NCBI GenBank assembly: GCA_040285855.1
Contig: JAUFOQ010000002.1
Coordinates: 2,790,001 to 2,854,000 of the forward strand
Length of the DNA: 64,000 nucleotides
Source: Eukaryota sp. GEM-RC1
Taxonomy: Eukaryota
Direction of reading: 5' to 3'
Shown here piece by piece: positions 11,866 to 24,145 of the stretch. Under the pieces are notes generated by a model. That model was given only the letters and a program-made list of their open reading frames with translations, had not been told where the DNA came from and searched no databases. Both the position numbers and the translations under genes were made by a program. Position 1 is the first letter of the stretch. Each line of letters opens with the position of its first letter.

Positions 11866-13609
11866 ATGATGAAGATCATCCTTTTGTTGTCTTTTGTCTT
11901 GCTCATCTTTGCTGAAGATGTTGACTTCTCCAGGGTGAATGATTGGTTTGAGTCGTCCAGAGCTGCTCCTGGTGCCGGATTTTCTGTTATTCACAACGAC
12001 GAAATTGTACATCAGTATGTTACCGGTGTCAAAAAACTAGGCGGTGATGATTTAACCACAGATACCTACTTCCCTATTGGCAGTATCACGAAGACTATGA
12101 CCACAATGCTTCTCCACCAACTCGTGGTGGATAAAAAATGTGCTTGGAATAGCCGCATTGTATCCATTTTACCCTTTTGGGAATGTGGTGATCCCTCCCG
12201 TTCATCCATGATGACCCTTGAAGATTTAGTCTACCATCGCACTGGGTTTGGAGCTGGTACAGGTTCCCTGCCATCCTTCACCAATCCTAAGCTCTCCCTT
12301 CATGATTACGTTTACAGTCTCAAGTACTTCCACCCCTTAGCAGAGTTCCGAGCCCCTCCCCTCCTCTACAACAACGCCGGCCTGTCTATTGCTGGTTTGA
12401 TAGCCGAAGTTATTGAAGGCGAGGACTACAAACATCTCCTTCAAGAACGTGTTCTCAACCTTCTTGAAAGTGAGCCAGTTGGATACTATTCATTAGGTGA
12501 AATGGAGGAACATCACATTGACTATGCCACCGGTTACATGCGCATTGGACCAGAAGAATACATCACACCTCCTGACTATACTGATGAGTTCTTGTCCCAC
12601 AGTAGTGCTCCTGCTGGTGGACTTGCACTGTCTCTTAACGGTCTTACTGAGTTTGCCCAGTTCTTTATGAAGAACATCTCTGACTTTGAAGATATGACTA
12701 CTCCTGGAAATATCTTCCCACGAGGAACTCTTTCTCTCTTCAACAAACTCTATGTCACTCCCCCTGGGAGTTGGTAAAGGTACTTTCATCTATGATGTCG
12801 AGGGAAACCATTGCTACTCTCATATGGGCAATCCCTTTGCTCACACTGCTACTTACTTCATTTGTCCTACTTTAGGATATGGATTTGTTGGAGTTTCCAA
12901 TATCTTCCAAGATAATGAAAATCTCCTAACAGCTGCTCTCCTTGGTCTTTATCAGTCTGTCCGTGGAGATCTCCCTGAACCTGAAGAGTCTACTCCGCTT
13001 AATCTTGCTACTGAAGATTCATTTGATGAACTGCTTCCTACTTCTTCCAACAGTCCTCATGAAGATCTACCAATCCTCCTGTCCACTCACTCTACTGTAG
13101 CAGCTGTTGAACCTTCTGATTTCCCTGAAACTGAATGGCATCATCCTTTCTATGGAACTTTAGTACTAGATATAGTTGAAGATGACCTCTCAAAGTCTGG
13201 ACTCATGTACAATGCTCTTCCAATGACTCTGCAACATGCTAGAAACAATGTCTTTGTAGCTATCTCTTACATGGGGGAATCTTATGTTCAGTTCATGAGA
13301 TGTCCTTTTACTGGCAGTGTAACTTCAGTTAGATTGTTAGCAGGTGAAGAGAATGTGTTGTTCACTTCAGGAAGTTATATTCCTTTAGATGCTTCTTTTA
13401 AACCTAATGACGCTGCCACTCAGGCACCAAGAGTTGTTAAGTTTGTTGAACCTGCCGTTAACAACTTCCCCTTGGCCTTGATTCTCGGTATTGTTGTAGG
13501 TCTAGTGGCATCTGGAGTTGTTGGAGGAATGATGTTTATGATGGTCAAAAGGACTCAACAGAGTGGTGAAATTATTGCTAACAATCCTTTGTTGATTGGT
13601 AAAGTTTAA
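11866..13609 (+). CDS. Beta-lactamase class C/PBP-like serine hydrolase, type I membrane protein; apparent +1 frameshift at 12760-12764
   Basis: Signal peptide; FPIGSITKT (SxxK), DLVYHRTG, YNN (YxN), PAGGL, SHMG; HHPFYG C-terminal domain; TM helix LALILGIVVGLVASGVVGGMMFM. Confidence 0.85.
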
Positions 13610-13699
13610 CTTTGATGTATCAATTTATTTGTTTTCTATTATATACAACTCACCAAACACCATACGTGTACTTTATTAGAGTACTCAAGGCAACTGGGG

Positions 13700-13830
13700 A
13701 CGTGTCTTAACGCTTTAAGATCTTTTCTTGCGAGGCATTTTAAAAATAAGGTACCTGGCAGTTTCAAATGAAAAATGTGGACTTTGATGGGATTCATTGT
13801 TGTTTTGATGATTGGTGTTTGAAATTGAAA
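13700..13830 (+). mobile_element. Short degenerate CRE-like 3' tail
   Basis: VDFDGIHCCFDDW resembles the terminal VRFDSDGCCFNDI of other copies. Confidence 0.35.
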
Positions 13831-14520
13831 CTTTTAATCTTCAAACTAGTATAAAAGGGAATTGTAGTCGATGGCAAAATATTAAAGCTAAACGCATCTA
13901 TTTAAGAACACTAATGAGTTTGTTAAGAGAAACAATACAAGCATACCCACAGTATGGCACACAGTCAGAATCGCAAACAAGTATTTAAAATGTTGTTAAA
14001 GAACAACTTGAACTTCTACAACCAATAATACTAGAATAACTTATGTACAAAAACAATGAGTTGAATTTCGTATTTGTACAGTATTCAGAGTATTAAGTCG
14101 CCTAGAGTGCCAGGGTCGTATTATGTGAATGTTTGATTGTAAAATCGTACATCAACAATTCAACTTCTTCAATTCAGGAATACTCGAAAACAAACTGAGC
14201 TAATACTCTTCAGTTATCCAAATCAACTTACCACCTGTATAACAATGATCTGATTTATTCAAACAAATATGAATCGTTTTTATAAATATGTATTCTTGAT
14301 GTCCTAAAGATCCATTCCACATCATCAATCAAATGGATTTGAAGTCATAATCCAGAAAAAAAGAACCATAACATGCCATTGAAAATTGTTCATAGGAACC
14401 ATGTCTTTTGGAAATCAGTAAGTGAAACCGATGAGGGCACATTTTGTATCAATGATAATATATTGACGCAGTTTTTCAGGAATGCAATAGGCTTACTCAA
14501 CAAAAATATGAGAAAAACAA

Positions 14521-16562
14521 CTAAGTCAATAGATGATAGCATTCACTATGAAAGGAACTCCTTCCAGTTTCGTCATCAATCAATTGGATGACGTGATGGA
14601 CTTTGAATTTGATTGAACTAGGAGGAACACCGCCAAAAATCAAAACGTTTGATTTTGACACTTGTAGATTTGCCAATGCAAACTTTCTTTTTGAGAAGCA
14701 AACGACTCTATACCACCACAAACATCAAACTGCATGTCTAATTCGACTAAATCTGGAGAAGATTTAAGTAAATAACATATCAGTAATGCTCCTAGGTCAG
14801 ACTTAGTTTGTACGATAATTGAAGGAGATCTTCCTACTGTTTCAATAACTAACTTCTTTAATAGTGAGAGTAGACAATCGTATAGGCAGAGATCAGTGAT
14901 GAGGGAGGATGATGATAGGAAAGAGGGAATTGTGGAAGAGTGGAAACTGTCGAAACCAGCGGCAAATTTTAAAAAAATCAGAAAATATTGGGGGAATATG
15001 ATCGATGCAATCTTGGTCAATGAACCATTCACGAATTCGTTTGCACGTACTAGAAGCAATCAAAAAATCATCATTTTGACCCTCGAAACGGGAGATTAAA
15101 GTGAAAAAATCTACAGTGAAAATTAAACAGCCCTTGAGAAATTTTAAAATTTTACGATGAGTCGGGTCAGACCATTGTGTTGACGTATTAAAGGTATTTA
15201 AAACCCAAGAACGCCACGAATTCTTCCGAAGTCTGCCAGGATTCTGACACCTTAATTTATAAGTGTTTAAAAGCAAAGAAAAAGTTCCAAAAAGAATACA
15301 CTTAGTAGTGTGAAAACAAAGCTCTGTGCAAAGAGAAGACTTACATCCACTGAATAACAAAAGAACTTCTTTGAAAGGAAAGCGATTTCCTTGTGAGCCA
15401 ACGTAATTGATTGCGAGTGATTCGATGATGGGAGGAGGCTCGACAATCAAATTTGATATACCAGAACAGCTCAACTGTAGACGGAACGGTTGGTGAATCA
15501 TTGGGTGGAAATCAAAAGAAAACGGGGTAAGGAAAAGTATGTGAGGGGAATTTTCAAAAGAATCGCGAATTTTTTTAAAATAATAAAGAAAATTTAGAAA
15601 ATTCGAATTTGAGAAGAGTGCATATGAATCAACGAAAATATAGGATAAAGAAAATTTCAAAATTGATTGGAGTTGGCCAATGGTGTTTGTGATATCAACA
15701 CCTGTAGTTAAAGTTGAACAATCAAATCGGTGAGAAGCCTTGAAATGTTTTAAATTTTGGGGAATAAATGAAGTCAAAATGTTTGACAGAATTTTTGAGA
15801 AATCACGATTATTTGATTTTCCTTGAATATTTCCCAATCAACATGATGCCAACTGTAGACTTGCAAGACAGGCACATCAACGACATGATCCTCAAATAAT
15901 TTAAAAAATGCCTTAACACCAGCTGTATCTGAACAAACAAAAAAATTCAACCCATAATCAAATAAATAAATTGACTTCCACAGTACCGATAGTATCGACA
16001 AAAGTGAAAAATTTAAAACCTGTCCAGCAATTAAAAAAGAATCTGTGAAAATACATTCAAACAAATGAGTTAACAAAACGTCATCAATCAGAGAGACAGC
16101 CTTTGGTGTAAGAAACGGTGCAAGCCTCTTGATAATAAAGCGTCCTTTATCAAGATCACTTAACGGAAGAAGAACATCAAGAAGGCAGCAATAGGTCTGA
16201 TTAACATTGAATGGTTTGCCTGACATGTCCGTGGTAGATTTGAAAAGAGGGTGGACAGTAGGGATGGAGGAGAGGGGAAGTTGAGTTGGTGAGGACTGGA
16301 GAGCAGATAGACAGGAAGAGCAAGCAGAAGGGATTTGAGGTGGGTAGAAGCTGGTTAGAGTTTGGTTTTTAGGGTGAATCAGATAATATGTGTATAAACC
16401 AGTAGGAAATTCTACTTCGTTGAGTTCTGGATCCAAAAAAGTAACTGATAACAGGTCTAGCGATAGTTTGGACTGTAGAATATCGTTAAGAGAACTTAGA
16501 GAATCACCAGATTTGAGTTTTATATGACAAAACTTGAGAGGTGGAAGAGTAAAGAACAACAT
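14521..16562 (-). CDS. Hypothetical protein broken into at least 4 overlapping ORFs (frameshifts or pseudogene); 3' end uncertain
   Basis: ATG 16562; consecutive overlapping ORFs 15774-16562, 14893-15837, 14640-15059, 14521-14721. Confidence 0.5.
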
Positions 16563-16891
16563 TTCTAAGTAAGATGAAGGAGAGGGAGTTGCTTATAGAA
16601 GTTGTGCGTGAGGAATTTGAAATTGGGAAGTACCAATCAGCCACGTCTTGTGAGACAACACTTACACGTGTTTTATTTGTGTGTGGTACTTAAGTCATGT
16701 GTTTGAATTGATTCGCAAACTCTGCAACAGTCCAAAATGATGATGTGACAGGGTCAAAAAAGACTTAGTAAGACTGTCTAATGTAAACTTTAAACTTCTC
16801 TGCAACGCTTTAAGAGTTACTGGTTTTATAACAACGAAATACAGGTTAAATTTTATCAAAATTCTACTAAAATACAAAACAAAATTAAAAT

Positions 16892-19336
16892 CTACAAATA
16901 GTCACGCAAAGTCCTGCTGTCCAAATTGCCAGACCGGATGCTATCAACTTGACCAAACAATGTCCTTATATCAGAGGAGAGCCTAACAGAGTCTTGCTCC
17001 ATTTGTTTAACCAAAGCTGCATTCAATTGGACAAAATGATTAAACTGATCCTGTAAATCCTCCACACCATTTTTGAGTTCAGAGACAACGTTGTCAGATT
17101 TAGCGAGTTGACTTCTAACGATATCTTTAACATGAGAATTTGCAGATAATTCAACACCAGTAAGAGCTTCTTCTATTGAGTTTATCCTCAAACAGAGTGC
17201 TCCAAATTCAATTTTGTCGAAATCTTTTAAAAGGGCAGTACCAGAGAACTTTTCATTAAGCACATTCAAACTATCTTGTACTGAAGCTAATTCATCTTTA
17301 ATTTGAGTCTGGAACTCATCAGAAATAGAGTCAAAATCACTGCTGGATTCTTCCTGAATTTCTTTCAACTTCAATGACATCTCTTCAAGTTGGTCCTCAT
17401 GGTTATTAATATAGCCCACTAACTCTTCCCGTACAGCATGAGTACGAATTGTTAAATCATCAACAGATTTTTTAAATTTCTCTTGATGTTGATCACACAG
17501 ATCTTCCAGTTCTTGGCTCAATTGTTGAAATTTGTCTGAAAACAACGCTTCAAACTTAACTGACGTTGAATCCATACGGTTATCAATAACATTAACTAAA
17601 ATTCGTTCAGCTTCTTTAGTTTGGTGGGATAGAGAATCTTTCAAGGATTCAAGATGGTTAAACTTATCAGTAAAGCCTGATTCCATTTGGGAAAGTGTCT
17701 CAGTGACTTCGGCAACTGATTGTTGGTGATTGTTTTTGACCTCTGTGATTGACTCATCAAACAGAGAGGAAAGTGACGTGCACATTGAATCCAGATTGCT
17801 GAATTTCTCATTGCTATTCGATTCGACTTCTTCTAATTTCTTTGAGACAGATTCTTGTGAAGTTTTTAAATCTGAAACATGGCCATCAAATTCAGTCTTG
17901 CTGTTCTCAAGAGTAGAACTGAAACTTTCCAAAATTGTAAATTTCTCCTCAAAGTTGGTTTTCAAATCTTCATACATCGACATTAGATTAGTTACAGCCT
18001 CTGTATGATCACTCTGATGATCGGCAATTGATTGATCAGTTTGCGAGAGTGTAGCTGAAAACGACTCGTGCACTTTCTCCAATTCAACAAATTTTAAATC
18101 CACTGAATCATTGAGATCTTGAATTGTTTGACTCAAATTAGAGATGGAATCATTCAAATTCGCATCATTTAGATACGTTTCAACAGTAGTGTTAATTTTA
18201 GAATCAACAGACTCCTCCAAAGTATCAACTTTTGAGGTAATTCCAACAACACTGTCAGATAACTCAGATACGGAGCTTTGAACTCCAGAAACAGAGTCTT
18301 CCATTGAGTTCTGTAGGTCAGAAACAGACTGTTCATTTTGGGAAAGTCTATCCGTGATTGATTGCTGGAAGGTTAAAAACTCCTCCCGTAAGTCTTGAAG
18401 TTGCTTCTCTAAACCTTCGCATCGAGGACATTCTGTTGTAGGAGAGGAAGTCAGATTATTATGCAATTTGACATTTTTACCTAAATGAGGAGAATTTAAA
18501 ACTGAAACATCAATACTAGTTGTAGCTAGATTCTCAATGTCAGTAGTTTCACCATCAGGAGCTAAAGACGGAGAGGTAACATGAGTATGGGGAGGAGAAG
18601 GTGGAGAGGCCATTGCAGTCTCTGAATAAGACAAAGGATGTCTGGACTTGGGGGATCGTGATTCAGAAGGAGAAGCCTGACGAGGAGATGGGGATTCCCG
18701 GCGAGGAGAAGAGGTAGGAGAGAGGGAAGCTGAGTCTCTAATGACATGGAATTCAGAAAGAGCACGTTTTAGGAAGACTACTCCAAAGACAGAAGTATCA
18801 GTGGTCTTGTCAGACTTGCGCTTTTCTTTCCAAAAAGATGGTCGCACAAAAGAAAGTTGGCGAGAGTCAAAGATCAGAGAAGCTAGATTTCGACATCCAT
18901 CGTCGTTGAGTCTCATTTCCCGAAGGAAGTGAACTGATTGGGAGGAGGCAGATGAGTGGAATTGGGTAAAGAGACGACCCCAGACTTCAAGGAAGAACAC
19001 AAGACCATCAATACCGAAGTCCGGATCAAGGAAAGTGGCGAATAGCTCGACTTCGGAGTCTTTGCTGCGCCATCTAGCGCATGATTGGAGCATGAACTCA
19101 ACTTCTTCATTAACATGGTGATCATCGAAATGAGTTGTGAAGTAAACAGCTACGTTGGATGGGAGTTTGTAGTGTGGAAGAGTAACATCCGTAGAGAACA
19201 AAGATTGAGGGTTTTCATATGTATACTTGTAGATCTCAAAAGCTAAGGTGAGCAACGACTTGAGATCGTCGTATGCATTGATGACTTTGGGAGCTAGCAG
19301 TCGGGTGAGTGATCGTTTCATTGAGGAGGTTGTCAT
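16892..19336 (-). CDS. Long coiled-coil protein with globular N-terminal domain and Ser/Pro-rich linker
   Basis: Intact 814-aa ORF; heptad-rich acidic C-terminal two thirds. Confidence 0.8.
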   Translation of the reverse strand: MTTSSMKRSLTRLLAPKVINAYDDLKSLLTLAFEIYKYTYENPQSLFSTDVTLPHYKLPSNVAVYFTTHFDDHHVNEEVEFMLQSCARWRSKDSEVELFATFLDPDFGIDGLVFFLEVWGRLFTQFHSSASSQSVHFLREMRLNDDGCRNLASLIFDSRQLSFVRPSFWKEKRKSDKTTDTSVFGVVFLKRALSEFHVIRDSASLSPTSSPRRESPSPRQASPSESRSPKSRHPLSYSETAMASPPSPPHTHVTSPSLAPDGETTDIENLATTSIDVSVLNSPHLGKNVKLHNNLTSSPTTECPRCEGLEKQLQDLREEFLTFQQSITDRLSQNEQSVSDLQNSMEDSVSGVQSSVSELSDSVVGITSKVDTLEESVDSKINTTVETYLNDANLNDSISNLSQTIQDLNDSVDLKFVELEKVHESFSATLSQTDQSIADHQSDHTEAVTNLMSMYEDLKTNFEEKFTILESFSSTLENSKTEFDGHVSDLKTSQESVSKKLEEVESNSNEKFSNLDSMCTSLSSLFDESITEVKNNHQQSVAEVTETLSQMESGFTDKFNHLESLKDSLSHQTKEAERILVNVIDNRMDSTSVKFEALFSDKFQQLSQELEDLCDQHQEKFKKSVDDLTIRTHAVREELVGYINNHEDQLEEMSLKLKEIQEESSSDFDSISDEFQTQIKDELASVQDSLNVLNEKFSGTALLKDFDKIEFGALCLRINSIEEALTGVELSANSHVKDIVRSQLAKSDNVVSELKNGVEDLQDQFNHFVQLNAALVKQMEQDSVRLSSDIRTLFGQVDSIRSGNLDSRTLRDYL

Positions 19337-19579
19337 CTACAAATTTCGACTTTCAAAAAAAGTCACTTTCAGCTACTACTTGTAGTACAACTACAATTTA
19401 TCCTGTTCAGTGGCAAATAGGTTGAATTGCAATGGGTTTTGGAGAGTTGTGATATTAAATCATTTCAGAATGGTCCCAGGTTCAAAACAATTGACTCTAC
19501 TATACTGTCAACAAAACAAAAAAACAAAAAAGATTTACACCAAAAGATACCGAGAGTCTACAAAAGAAAAAAAAAGAAT

Positions 19580-22333
19580 CTAAACCGCATGTTGATTGGG
19601 ATAGAAAACTGGTGGAGGCTGACAAGCATTATTCATAGGATTGACATAAATATTCTCATCAGCACGGTGATAAACTGGAGCAGTGGCATGAACAGGGTTC
19701 TGAACAATCACATGACGTGCTGCTTGCTGACGTGGACGACGTTTCTTATTCTTATATCTCTCCCGGGCAGAATCCCCGCTTTTCTTTCCTACACACCAAG
19801 AGGGATATGGAATGATCTTACATGACAACAAACCAACAACAGATAACGCTGCTAACAGAATAACAACTACACTCCACAACATTAACGAAAGAGCTGAACT
19901 TGATACAGTTGCTCTAGGACCATACTCATCAAAAAGACCTCTTTCCAAATACACTTTGGAGCAACCCCCATGGATTCTCTTGATTAGATTCATTTCACGA
20001 ACATTGAAAGGTTCGGGAATTGCGACTTCACGTCCCAATCCAGTGACTTTGTCATCACCAAAGACCAGAATCTTGTCAGATGAGAGAAGGAAGCCTCCAG
20101 TTCCAGTAGAGAACACGTTTCCTACTTTAAAAGAGGAAGGTGCTTCAATCAAGTTTGGGCGAGCTCTGGCTGTCGCTGATTGACTCTTTCTACCAATAAA
20201 ACGATCACTGGACCCCCAGGAAACAGCCTTATGATCAGAATTGATTGCAAGAAGTGCATTAGAATTCAACGAAATCGAGAGATAACGGCCACTAACAACC
20301 CCTGGTTTAAAATGTTCATTGTTGAGCTGTGAGACTTCACGGCCAACAAGACTCGATCCAAAGGTAACCAAATAGGCGTTTTCAGTTAGTAAACCACACA
20401 TAGTCTCAGCACATTGAATATCAATCACTCTCCGACCACCAGGAACGGAAACCTTCCTTGCAACAAAGTCACCAACATTACGACTCCACCCCCCTTGAAC
20501 GTCTTCCCTTCCAATGAACCCTCGTCCATAAGACCAGACATCGCCCAAATGATCAAGGAGGAAGGTGGAGGCAGGGGAGCAAGCGAGGAGAGTGATGTTG
20601 ACGTAACCCAATGTATCTGGAGAAACTACTCTAGGAACTGAATGAGAGCCAGTCCGACCCAAGTAGAACTGGGAATCATCACGTAGAGTGGACCCATAAC
20701 CCCAAGAGAACAACTGACGATCGTTGTTCTCAACTATAACAAAGAGAGCAGATGTGTAAGAGGACTGTGAAACTGCAACGTCATAGAAATCCTTATTTGG
20801 AAAAGACAAATGCCGAGGGAAGAAGCAGAGGTCTGGAGTGTGAAGAGGTTCAAAGGACGAGTCTCTGTAGAGGAAGTTTGAGAGGTCTGAATTGTCTGAC
20901 CAACTAAAGAGTTTGCCCTGATCATCGATTGCAAAAGTGAAAAGGAAACTTGATGAGATTTTGACAAATCTTACATCAGAATTGATTGAAACAGGAAAGT
21001 GACCCGCATTAGCATTGATTGTTGACGTCATGGACACCCAGGACCACGCAAACCTTCCAATATTGACAACATTCCGTCCAGCAGGTCCTCCAAAGCTCAT
21101 GAACCTTGGAGAAACAGGGGAAACATACTCAGGAATAGGTTGAGGAGTTCGAGTGTAAAGGAAGAAGGCATTGTCAACTGAATCTAGATGAGTAACTTCA
21201 AATGATAGAGCAATCTTGTTGGGAGACCGAGTAGCAGACTGACCGGAAACCAGACATTTATCGTGACCAAAGTTGTAAACGTCACCAGCGCTGGACAACA
21301 ATAGACCACCACAACCGCCAGATGCCACGTCAACAAACGTCACGTCATGAGCATCATCAAATTCAACTAGGAAAGGATTGACCTGATCCGTCATACTAGC
21401 AAACTCTGGGATTTGATCAGAAGGAGGCTGGGTTCGGGGAAGAGAATTGTAATTGGAAGTCTCCCCTTGCCACGTGTACACAAGACCATCTTTTGTAAGA
21501 GCAAGACCAAGGCGATCAGTATCAACGGATTCATAGACTGAGATTTTGATGACGTGTTTAGTAGAAATACCAGCAAATAGACGAGTGGGATAGTCTAACC
21601 AGTCAGCTCTTCGGAGACCAATGGCACCTCTTCCGAACACGTAAACGTGACCAAGGGAAGTGAGGACGTAGGAACCATGACGAGAAGCGATGATCTGAGT
21701 AGCAGTGGAGTTGGTGGAGGTGAAAAGATCAGAGAAGTAGGTAACTTCTTGGAGAGGATAATCGCCGTTGCAAGTAGAATGACCAACTCCCATGGCTCTA
21801 CAACCTCCAATAGAGGCGGAGCTTGATTCAATAGAGGAAGCAAAAACACGCCCATCATGAGAGATAAAGAGCGAGTGTTCATGACCAGATGAAACAGCCT
21901 TCATGGGGACAGATGTAGGGATGATGGAGACGGCATCGTCATCTACTTTATATATTCTTCCTGATTCACCGATGGCAGTGAGAAAAGGAGGAAATGGTTC
22001 AGACGTAAAGGCGATATCGATCACAGGTTCAGATATGTGATTCACAACTTCAGGTAGAGAAGCATCTGAGCGATTGTAGAAGAACGGTCGACTGCGAGCT
22101 CCCCAAAGCAGAAGGTCTCCATCGTCTGTGATAGCAGCAGATGTGCGAGCGGTTCTTGAAGAATGAGAGGTAGTCACTTTTACAATAGGTTTATCTAGAT
22201 AAGCAAATGGATGTGGTGTCTGAGTGGAAGAGCCATCATCAGCACGCCCAATTCTTAAATGGTGGTCTCCATATGAGTGAAGGAGGAATGAACAATGAAC
22301 CAAGACGATACACGTGAAGAAGAGGGCTAGCAT
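19580..22333 (-). CDS. RCC1/BLIP-II repeat type I membrane protein
   Basis: Signal peptide from ATG 22333; many RCC1-like repeats (VSSGHEHSLFISHDGRVF, LTSLGHVYVFG, LTKDGLVYTW); TM helix followed by basic cytosolic tail. Confidence 0.85.
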   Translation of the reverse strand: MLALFFTCIVLVHCSFLLHSYGDHHLRIGRADDGSSTQTPHPFAYLDKPIVKVTTSHSSRTARTSAAITDDGDLLLWGARSRPFFYNRSDASLPEVVNHISEPVIDIAFTSEPFPPFLTAIGESGRIYKVDDDAVSIIPTSVPMKAVSSGHEHSLFISHDGRVFASSIESSSASIGGCRAMGVGHSTCNGDYPLQEVTYFSDLFTSTNSTATQIIASRHGSYVLTSLGHVYVFGRGAIGLRRADWLDYPTRLFAGISTKHVIKISVYESVDTDRLGLALTKDGLVYTWQGETSNYNSLPRTQPPSDQIPEFASMTDQVNPFLVEFDDAHDVTFVDVASGGCGGLLLSSAGDVYNFGHDKCLVSGQSATRSPNKIALSFEVTHLDSVDNAFFLYTRTPQPIPEYVSPVSPRFMSFGGPAGRNVVNIGRFAWSWVSMTSTINANAGHFPVSINSDVRFVKISSSFLFTFAIDDQGKLFSWSDNSDLSNFLYRDSSFEPLHTPDLCFFPRHLSFPNKDFYDVAVSQSSYTSALFVIVENNDRQLFSWGYGSTLRDDSQFYLGRTGSHSVPRVVSPDTLGYVNITLLACSPASTFLLDHLGDVWSYGRGFIGREDVQGGWSRNVGDFVARKVSVPGGRRVIDIQCAETMCGLLTENAYLVTFGSSLVGREVSQLNNEHFKPGVVSGRYLSISLNSNALLAINSDHKAVSWGSSDRFIGRKSQSATARARPNLIEAPSSFKVGNVFSTGTGGFLLSSDKILVFGDDKVTGLGREVAIPEPFNVREMNLIKRIHGGCSKVYLERGLFDEYGPRATVSSSALSLMLWSVVVILLAALSVVGLLSCKIIPYPSWCVGKKSGDSARERYKNKKRRPRQQAARHVIVQNPVHATAPVYHRADENIYVNPMNNACQPPPVFYPNQHAV

Positions 22334-22699
22334 CAAATGAAAGTAAATCGATATCGACAATCTACACGTAGACGATGACCTACTACTCTACATTTCTTGA
22401 CAGTGTAACAATCAATCTAGGAACAGCTTAAACCGAGCTTTTTGAGTCAATAGTTGAAGTTCCTCATAGTTACGCATTAATCCGATACATTTTGATCGTT
22501 TTCTGTTAACTTTTATTTACTAGAGGGTGCATCCCGGATTTCATCAAATTTTCATCTTCTGTCCCAGATTTCATCAACACATTATCTCTTGTTCCGGTTC
22601 TCATCAATGTATTGTTTTCATTGCCCAATAAAAGTATACACAAGAACTATACATATTCCTTCTCTGGACATGTTCTGACATTATGTCCCAACTAGAAGT

Positions 22700-23170
22700 C
22701 ATTTATAAATGTAGTACATGTATATCAAAAAACTAAAATATGATATCATTAAAACAACAGCCGTCACTACAACAGCTTTGTCCTCATAAGATGAACTCAC
22801 AGCTTGTATCTCTTGTTTAGAGATGATTAGGAGAATTGTTTGTATAATAGTAAAAACGATACCATTCAACCATAACGTATGATCCAAGCGTTCGTTCATC
22901 CTAAATCAATGCTTTTTTTCCTAAACGGCCTTAGATTGATACAACAAAAGGGCATAATTCGTATTCAACGTGTTGTACTTGGTTTAGAGTCAATTGTTCC
23001 TTGTACTTATCCTGTTTTCTTGTTCAGACATGTCGAAAGGGGAAGTTTTAGAATAAGCGTTCTTTAAGGTTGTATATGTGCATACATCCACAGACAAGAC
23101 ATCGACAACATTTAATCTGTTTGAGGAACTAGGGACAAAAACATCTGCTCTCCGTTTTCCAAAAAATACA
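22700..23170 (-). mobile_element. Degenerate CRE-like RLE 3' fragment
   Basis: FFGKRRADVFVPSSS..VVDV, LWLNGIVFT..YEDKAVV; similar to the 7395 copy. Confidence 0.8.
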
Positions 23171-23427
23171 TATTGAAACAAATTCTGTTAACAGTAATTG
23201 TTTGTATTAAGTGTGAACTAGTTAAGTTCAGCACTGAACTGATCATGTTTTCTAAAGTCCATTATCCATGATCTATTAATCAATATAAAAAGCATAGCGG
23301 ATTCTCTATTCCCCACTGTCACATCTGCTTTTACAAATACGTTTAATAAATAACTTACACATTTATATGAATCTATTTCAAGTAATTTTGCTCTGGATCA
23401 CAGTTTTCCAAACAATCGTGTAAGTAC

Positions 23428-23845
23428 CATACTTTTCAATTACTGGGTTGTTGGATCAGGAATTCCTAGAATTCTTACAATTACGATTACGATTACTACA
23501 GTAATTCTTGGAATTCTCAGAGTTACGATTACTGCAGTAATTCCTACAATTACCAGAGATTTTCGGCGGAAAAATGAACTTCCGGTTCTGGTTTCTATTC
23601 ACACGATTCCTGCAAAGTGGCAAGACAAACCATATGTATACTGAAATCCCTCACAAACATGTAGCACAACTTGGAAAATTTGGCTCCCAGGCAGTCTTTT
23701 GGTAACCAGTGTAACATACAACGAAATTGTATGTATGATCTAGACTTGTTCCATTTTGTTAAGTTTTGTCCTGAAAATTGAAGATTTTCTTGTCTAAGGA
23801 ATTCCAGGAATTACGATTACTGGAAATTAGTAATTGAAAACTATG
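23428..23845. mobile_element. hAT MITE
   Basis: TIR CATA(C/G)TTTTCAATTACT; perfect 8-bp TSD GTAAGTAC; GGAATT/TTACGATTAC subterminal repeats. Confidence 0.85.
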
Positions 23846-24145
23846 GTAAGTACACGTGAAAACCAGATTGCGAGTATTGACATAGACATACAAGAAATGA
23901 TTTGGGCCAATCGTTTGATTGCATTTGACAACTTTTGATTACACCCTGGATGAATGTTGTACTTACTATATTTCAATTGGTCCAAACACTTCTATCTGAT
24001 TGTGCGTGAACGCATATTTAAACCTGAGTTCCCATCGTGGTTATTTTTACGAATAGAATACAGAAATTAAACAAAGATTGTATGTTCAGTTCTGGTCAAA
24101 ATTGTTCTAAAATTGTATCGAACACGGGCTGTCTAGGGTTGACTG

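Noticed and set aside
12754..12802. Intron explaining the beta-lactamase frameshift
   Set aside because: Available GT-AG pairs (26, 29, 33 nt) do not restore the frame and lack the branch motif
17532..20967. Short antisense and alternate-frame ORFs within long genes
   Set aside because: Shadow ORFs without motifs; the same holds for those inside ERCC6, TOP3B and the rhomboids
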